Shown here: positions 59,760 through 64,000 of the stretch, piece after piece
Position numbering within the stretch: the stretch's first letter is position 1
Layout: every line of letters begins with the position of its first letter
Source of the DNA: Bacillota bacterium
GTDB taxonomy: Bacteria; Bacillota; Clostridia; Peptostreptococcales; Anaerovoracaceae
Direction: 5' to 3'
DNA: 64,000 bases
Assembly: GCA_036839975.1 (NCBI GenBank)
Contig: DAISVU010000006.1
Coordinates: forward strand, 25,379-89,378
Notes under the pieces: generated by a model
Seen by the model: the letters and a program-made list of their open reading frames with translations, nothing else
The model's database searches: none
What the model was told of the DNA's origin: nothing
Translations under genes and position numbers: made by a program

Positions 59760-60723
59760 TGCTTTGGAAGAAATAGGAAAACAGTTTCTCGCGGCAGAAA
59801 GCGTGCTTCTGTTTCCACATGAAAATATGGATGGCGATGCGCTGGGTTCATGCGCCGCACTCTGTGGCATACTTAGAAAAATGGGCAAGAAGGCATATAT
59901 CCTTACAGAGGGATCAACACCTGATTTTCTTATGTTCCTCGACGAAGGATACTGTACGGAAGAGTACGGTATTATAGAAAATCCGGACATATGCTCAACT
60001 GTAGACTGTGGAGAGGTCTCGCGTTTCAAGGCGCGAAGAGATATATTCTTTAAAGGCAGGACAAAGATCTGTATCGATCACCATGCGACTAGCAGGCATT
60101 TTGCGGACTATAATTATATCGATCCCGATGCAGCTGCTACAGGTGAGATAATATACAAGCTTCTGAATGCTATGAATGTTCAGATCGATCAGAAAACAGG
60201 CGAAGCGATTTACGCTGCGATCAATACGGATACGGGCAGATTTCAGAATGCAAACACTACGCGGGAATCACATGAGATCACTGCGGCTCTTTATGACTGC
60301 GGCATCGATGCTAATAGAGTAAGTGTTGAGATATATGAAACGGTAAGACCGGAAAGAATGAAGCTTTCGTGTCTGGTGCTCAGTGAAATGGAGCTGTTTG
60401 CAGACGGGGAAGCGGTCATTGCCTGCGTAACACAGGAGATGCTGAGAAAGACCGGCACGCGGATGGCGGAATCTGAGGGCATAGTGGCAAGCCTAAGAAG
60501 TGTAAAAGATGTTCAGATCGCGGTGCTCCTGAAAGAGAAGAAAAAAGAGATAAAAGTCAGCCTGAGGGCAAAGCGCATGGGCAATGTGGCTGAGATAGGC
60601 ATGAAGTACGGCGGTGGCGGACATTTAAAGGCTGCGGGATGTTCTCTTCACTGTTCACTTGAAGAGGCTAAAAGGATCATAATGGAGGAAGTTACGGAAA
60701 ATCTGAAAAAATTTAGAGAATAA
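59734..60723 (+). CDS. nrnA: DHH/DHHA1 phosphoesterase (NrnA-like oligoribonuclease/pAp phosphatase)
   Basis: HENMDGDALGS, CIDHHATS, NTDTGRF and GGGGHLKAAG motifs. The start is uncertain within 59734-59743. Confidence 0.8.
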   Translation: MKMMKTKNDALEEIGKQFLAAESVLLFPHENMDGDALGSCAALCGILRKMGKKAYILTEGSTPDFLMFLDEGYCTEEYGIIENPDICSTVDCGEVSRFKARRDIFFKGRTKICIDHHATSRHFADYNYIDPDAAATGEIIYKLLNAMNVQIDQKTGEAIYAAINTDTGRFQNANTTRESHEITAALYDCGIDANRVSVEIYETVRPERMKLSCLVLSEMELFADGEAVIACVTQEMLRKTGTRMAESEGIVASLRSVKDVQIAVLLKEKKKEIKVSLRAKRMGNVAEIGMKYGGGGHLKAAGCSLHCSLEEAKRIIMEEVTENLKKFRE

Positions 60724-60805
60724 CTTCTCCTCTTTATCGATACTCGCCTTGTGAAAACTGCTTCGGTACAGAGCTGAAGAATATCAAAAAACTTTGAGAA
60801 ACAGA

Positions 60806-61987
60806 ATGATATCTGATGGAATAATAAATGTAAATAAATCACAGAATATGACTTCACACGATGTGGTAGCGATATTGCGCCGTGTTACAGGAGTAAAGAG
60901 GACAGGTCATACCGGGACACTTGATCCTATGGCAACAGGAGTACTTCCGGTATGTATCGGAAGTGCGACAAGAATAATGGAATACCTCGATGCGGATTTG
61001 AAAACGTACGAATGCGCGGCTTTGTTAGGTATAAGTACTGATACGGATGACATCTGGGGAAGAGTGCTTGCCGGTAGCGGCACGGAAGGGTTAAGTCGAG
61101 CAGATGTTACGGCTGCGTTCTGTGCGTTTGTCGGAAAGATCAGGCAGATGCCGCCTATGTATTCCGCACGTAAAATAGATGGAAGAAAGCTTTACGAATA
61201 TGCGCGCGAGGGACGTGAAGCAAAAGTAAAAGCGAGGGAAGTGTATATAGATGATATCGAGATTACGGAAATTGAGTCTCTTTCGGAATATGCCGTTCCG
61301 GATCCTGAGCGAAACAGCGGCGCAAGCGACTCTGATGCTGATGAAGCTGCGTATATGCAGCGCAGACGTTCGGGTGCTTTTATGCGTGTACGCTTTAAAG
61401 TAAAGTGTTCTAAAGGTACATATATAAGATCAATCTGCAGGGATGTAGGGAAGCTTCTCGGCTGCGGCGGTACGATGGAGAGTCTTGTACGCACAAAAAA
61501 CGGAGTATTTGATATCGATGATGCTGTGGATATCATGGAAATCAGGGAAATGACGGAATACGAGATTGCAAGGCATATACAGCCTGTAGATACACCGCTT
61601 GCACATTTCGGTAAAGGCATTGTGAGATACGACCGTGTGGGAAGTTTCCTTGACGGTCTTACGCTGAGCAGAGAACAGGTAAAAATTGAGCGAATGCCGA
61701 TGTTTTCAGATTTGACGAAAGAATGTACAAAAGCAGAAAATTGTATAGACGGAAACGAAGCCGGCACTGCTTTGGAAAGGATCCGCGCAGTCGGCATTGA
61801 TAAAGGTGTGAAAGAGGAATCGGGAAAACTTAAAGTATGCGGGTTGCCTACCCCGTCAAAATATAGAAAAGCATACTGCCTGTACGGAAAAAACGGCGAT
61901 GATGAGGAGGCATTTCTCGGAGTCGCACTTTATGAAAAGAACAGAAAACTGTTTGCAGCAGATAAGATATTCTGCCGCAAAAAATAA
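60806..61987 (+). CDS. truB: tRNA pseudouridine(55) synthase with internal insertion and long C-terminal region
   Basis: GIINVNKSQNMTSHDVV, the catalytic GHTGTLDPMATGVL motif and PPMYSARK. Confidence 0.9.
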   Translation: MISDGIINVNKSQNMTSHDVVAILRRVTGVKRTGHTGTLDPMATGVLPVCIGSATRIMEYLDADLKTYECAALLGISTDTDDIWGRVLAGSGTEGLSRADVTAAFCAFVGKIRQMPPMYSARKIDGRKLYEYAREGREAKVKAREVYIDDIEITEIESLSEYAVPDPERNSGASDSDADEAAYMQRRRSGAFMRVRFKVKCSKGTYIRSICRDVGKLLGCGGTMESLVRTKNGVFDIDDAVDIMEIREMTEYEIARHIQPVDTPLAHFGKGIVRYDRVGSFLDGLTLSREQVKIERMPMFSDLTKECTKAENCIDGNEAGTALERIRAVGIDKGVKEESGKLKVCGLPTPSKYRKAYCLYGKNGDDEEAFLGVALYEKNRKLFAADKIFCRKK

Positions 61988-62008
61988 AAAGTTTTATAGG
62001 GTGAAATC

Positions 62009-62950
62009 ATGAAAATCTATAACTCACTTGAGGAAATAATCGATCATTTCGATGAAACTGTAATAGCACTGGGAAATTTTGACGGAGTTCATAAAGGGCA
62101 TCAGGAACTTATAAGAAGGTGCGTAAATACTGCGAAGTCGGCAGGATACAAGAGCGCTGTGTTTACTTTTTCAAATCATCCCAGGAATCTTATTGCAGGT
62201 GAAAGGGCGGTAAAAAACATAATGTATCCTGAGGACAAGGCACATATCATCGGCAGCTTCGGAATAGACTACATGTTCAATATACCGTTTACGGAAAAGA
62301 TACTTACGACAGATCCGATAGATTTTATTGACGATATATTGCTGTCGCATCTGCGCATGAAAGAGGCATACTGCGGGTTCAATTATCGTTTCGGATATAA
62401 GGCGCTTGGAACGCCTACGGTGCTGATGGAAGAGGGAATGAAGAAAAACTTCGGTATCCACATAATGAAACCGTATTCTATAGACGGGCTTGTGGCCAGC
62501 AGTTCGCTGATACGTGAGCAGATCGAGATGGGAAATGTCAGTGAATGCATGAAATTCATGGGCCGACATTACGCTATCAAGGGGGAGGTCGTAGTCGGAA
62601 ACAGGATCGGACGTACGATCGGGTTCCCGACATCAAATATACTGATTGACGAGGCTATGGTGACGCCGCCGAACGGTGTTTATGTTACGAACTGCCTGTA
62701 TAACGGCGCAATATATCCGAGCATAACAAATGTGGGAGTTAAGCCGACTATAGGCAAGTACAATAAAAATGTCGAAACGCATATATTCAACTTTGACAAA
62801 GAGCTTTACGGTGCACAGATAAAGGTCGAGTTCCTGGACAAGATGCGTGAGGAATTTAAATTTGACAGCGTTGAAGAGCTTTCAGAACAGATAGCGAAAG
62901 ACTGCGAAGATGCCAAGAATTATCATATCCGGCTTGGGAAGGTGCTTTAG
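62009..62950 (+). CDS. ribF: bifunctional riboflavin kinase/FMN adenylyltransferase
   Basis: ALGNFDGVHKGHQ, GRTIGFPTSN and E.HIF.FD..LYG motifs. Confidence 0.93.
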   Translation: MKIYNSLEEIIDHFDETVIALGNFDGVHKGHQELIRRCVNTAKSAGYKSAVFTFSNHPRNLIAGERAVKNIMYPEDKAHIIGSFGIDYMFNIPFTEKILTTDPIDFIDDILLSHLRMKEAYCGFNYRFGYKALGTPTVLMEEGMKKNFGIHIMKPYSIDGLVASSSLIREQIEMGNVSECMKFMGRHYAIKGEVVVGNRIGRTIGFPTSNILIDEAMVTPPNGVYVTNCLYNGAIYPSITNVGVKPTIGKYNKNVETHIFNFDKELYGAQIKVEFLDKMREEFKFDSVEELSEQIAKDCEDAKNYHIRLGKVL

Positions 62951-63013
62951 CAGAGATAAAGCCGCACATGCGATATACACCGATAAAGCGCCGACACAAC
63001 GGAATGTACATAA

Positions 63014-64000
<987 letters not shown>

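Overview
This window looks like a core chromosomal segment of a Clostridia-type Firmicute. It holds about 50 protein genes, nearly all on the + strand, in familiar housekeeping blocks. These are an FHA-SEDS gene with a bPBP, an oxidative-stress pair, metG-tatD-tilS-ftsH-(PucR-like)-coaX-dusB, nadE, a purine permease with a PRT, gap, glnA and uvrBA. The long run pncB-pyrH-frr-uppS-cdsA-dxr-rseP-ispG-polC-rimP-nusA-ylxR-ylxQ-infB-rbfA-nrnA-truB-ribF-tgt follows, with tgt cut by the window end. I found no rRNA, tRNA, CRISPR array, transposase, integrase or prophage gene, and no convincing self-contained novel multi-gene system such as a defence island. Five observations deserve a second look. (1) polC lacks the proofreading exonuclease domain normally inserted in its PHP domain, yet keeps a full set of PHP metal ligands. 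(2) An in-frame TAA closes metG 32 codons early, and the conserved coding sequence continues in frame after it. (3) An FHA domain is fused to a SEDS glycosyltransferase that is translationally coupled to a short class B PBP. (4) A 760-bp gene-free gap upstream of gap contains a cluster of stable hairpins. (5) An orphan LytTR response regulator precedes an uncharacterised envelope cluster: an exported anchored protein, a 55-aa membrane peptide missing from the ORF track, a coiled-coil protein and a signal peptidase I. All calls come from reading motifs by eye, with no database search, so boundaries and family names are best estimates.
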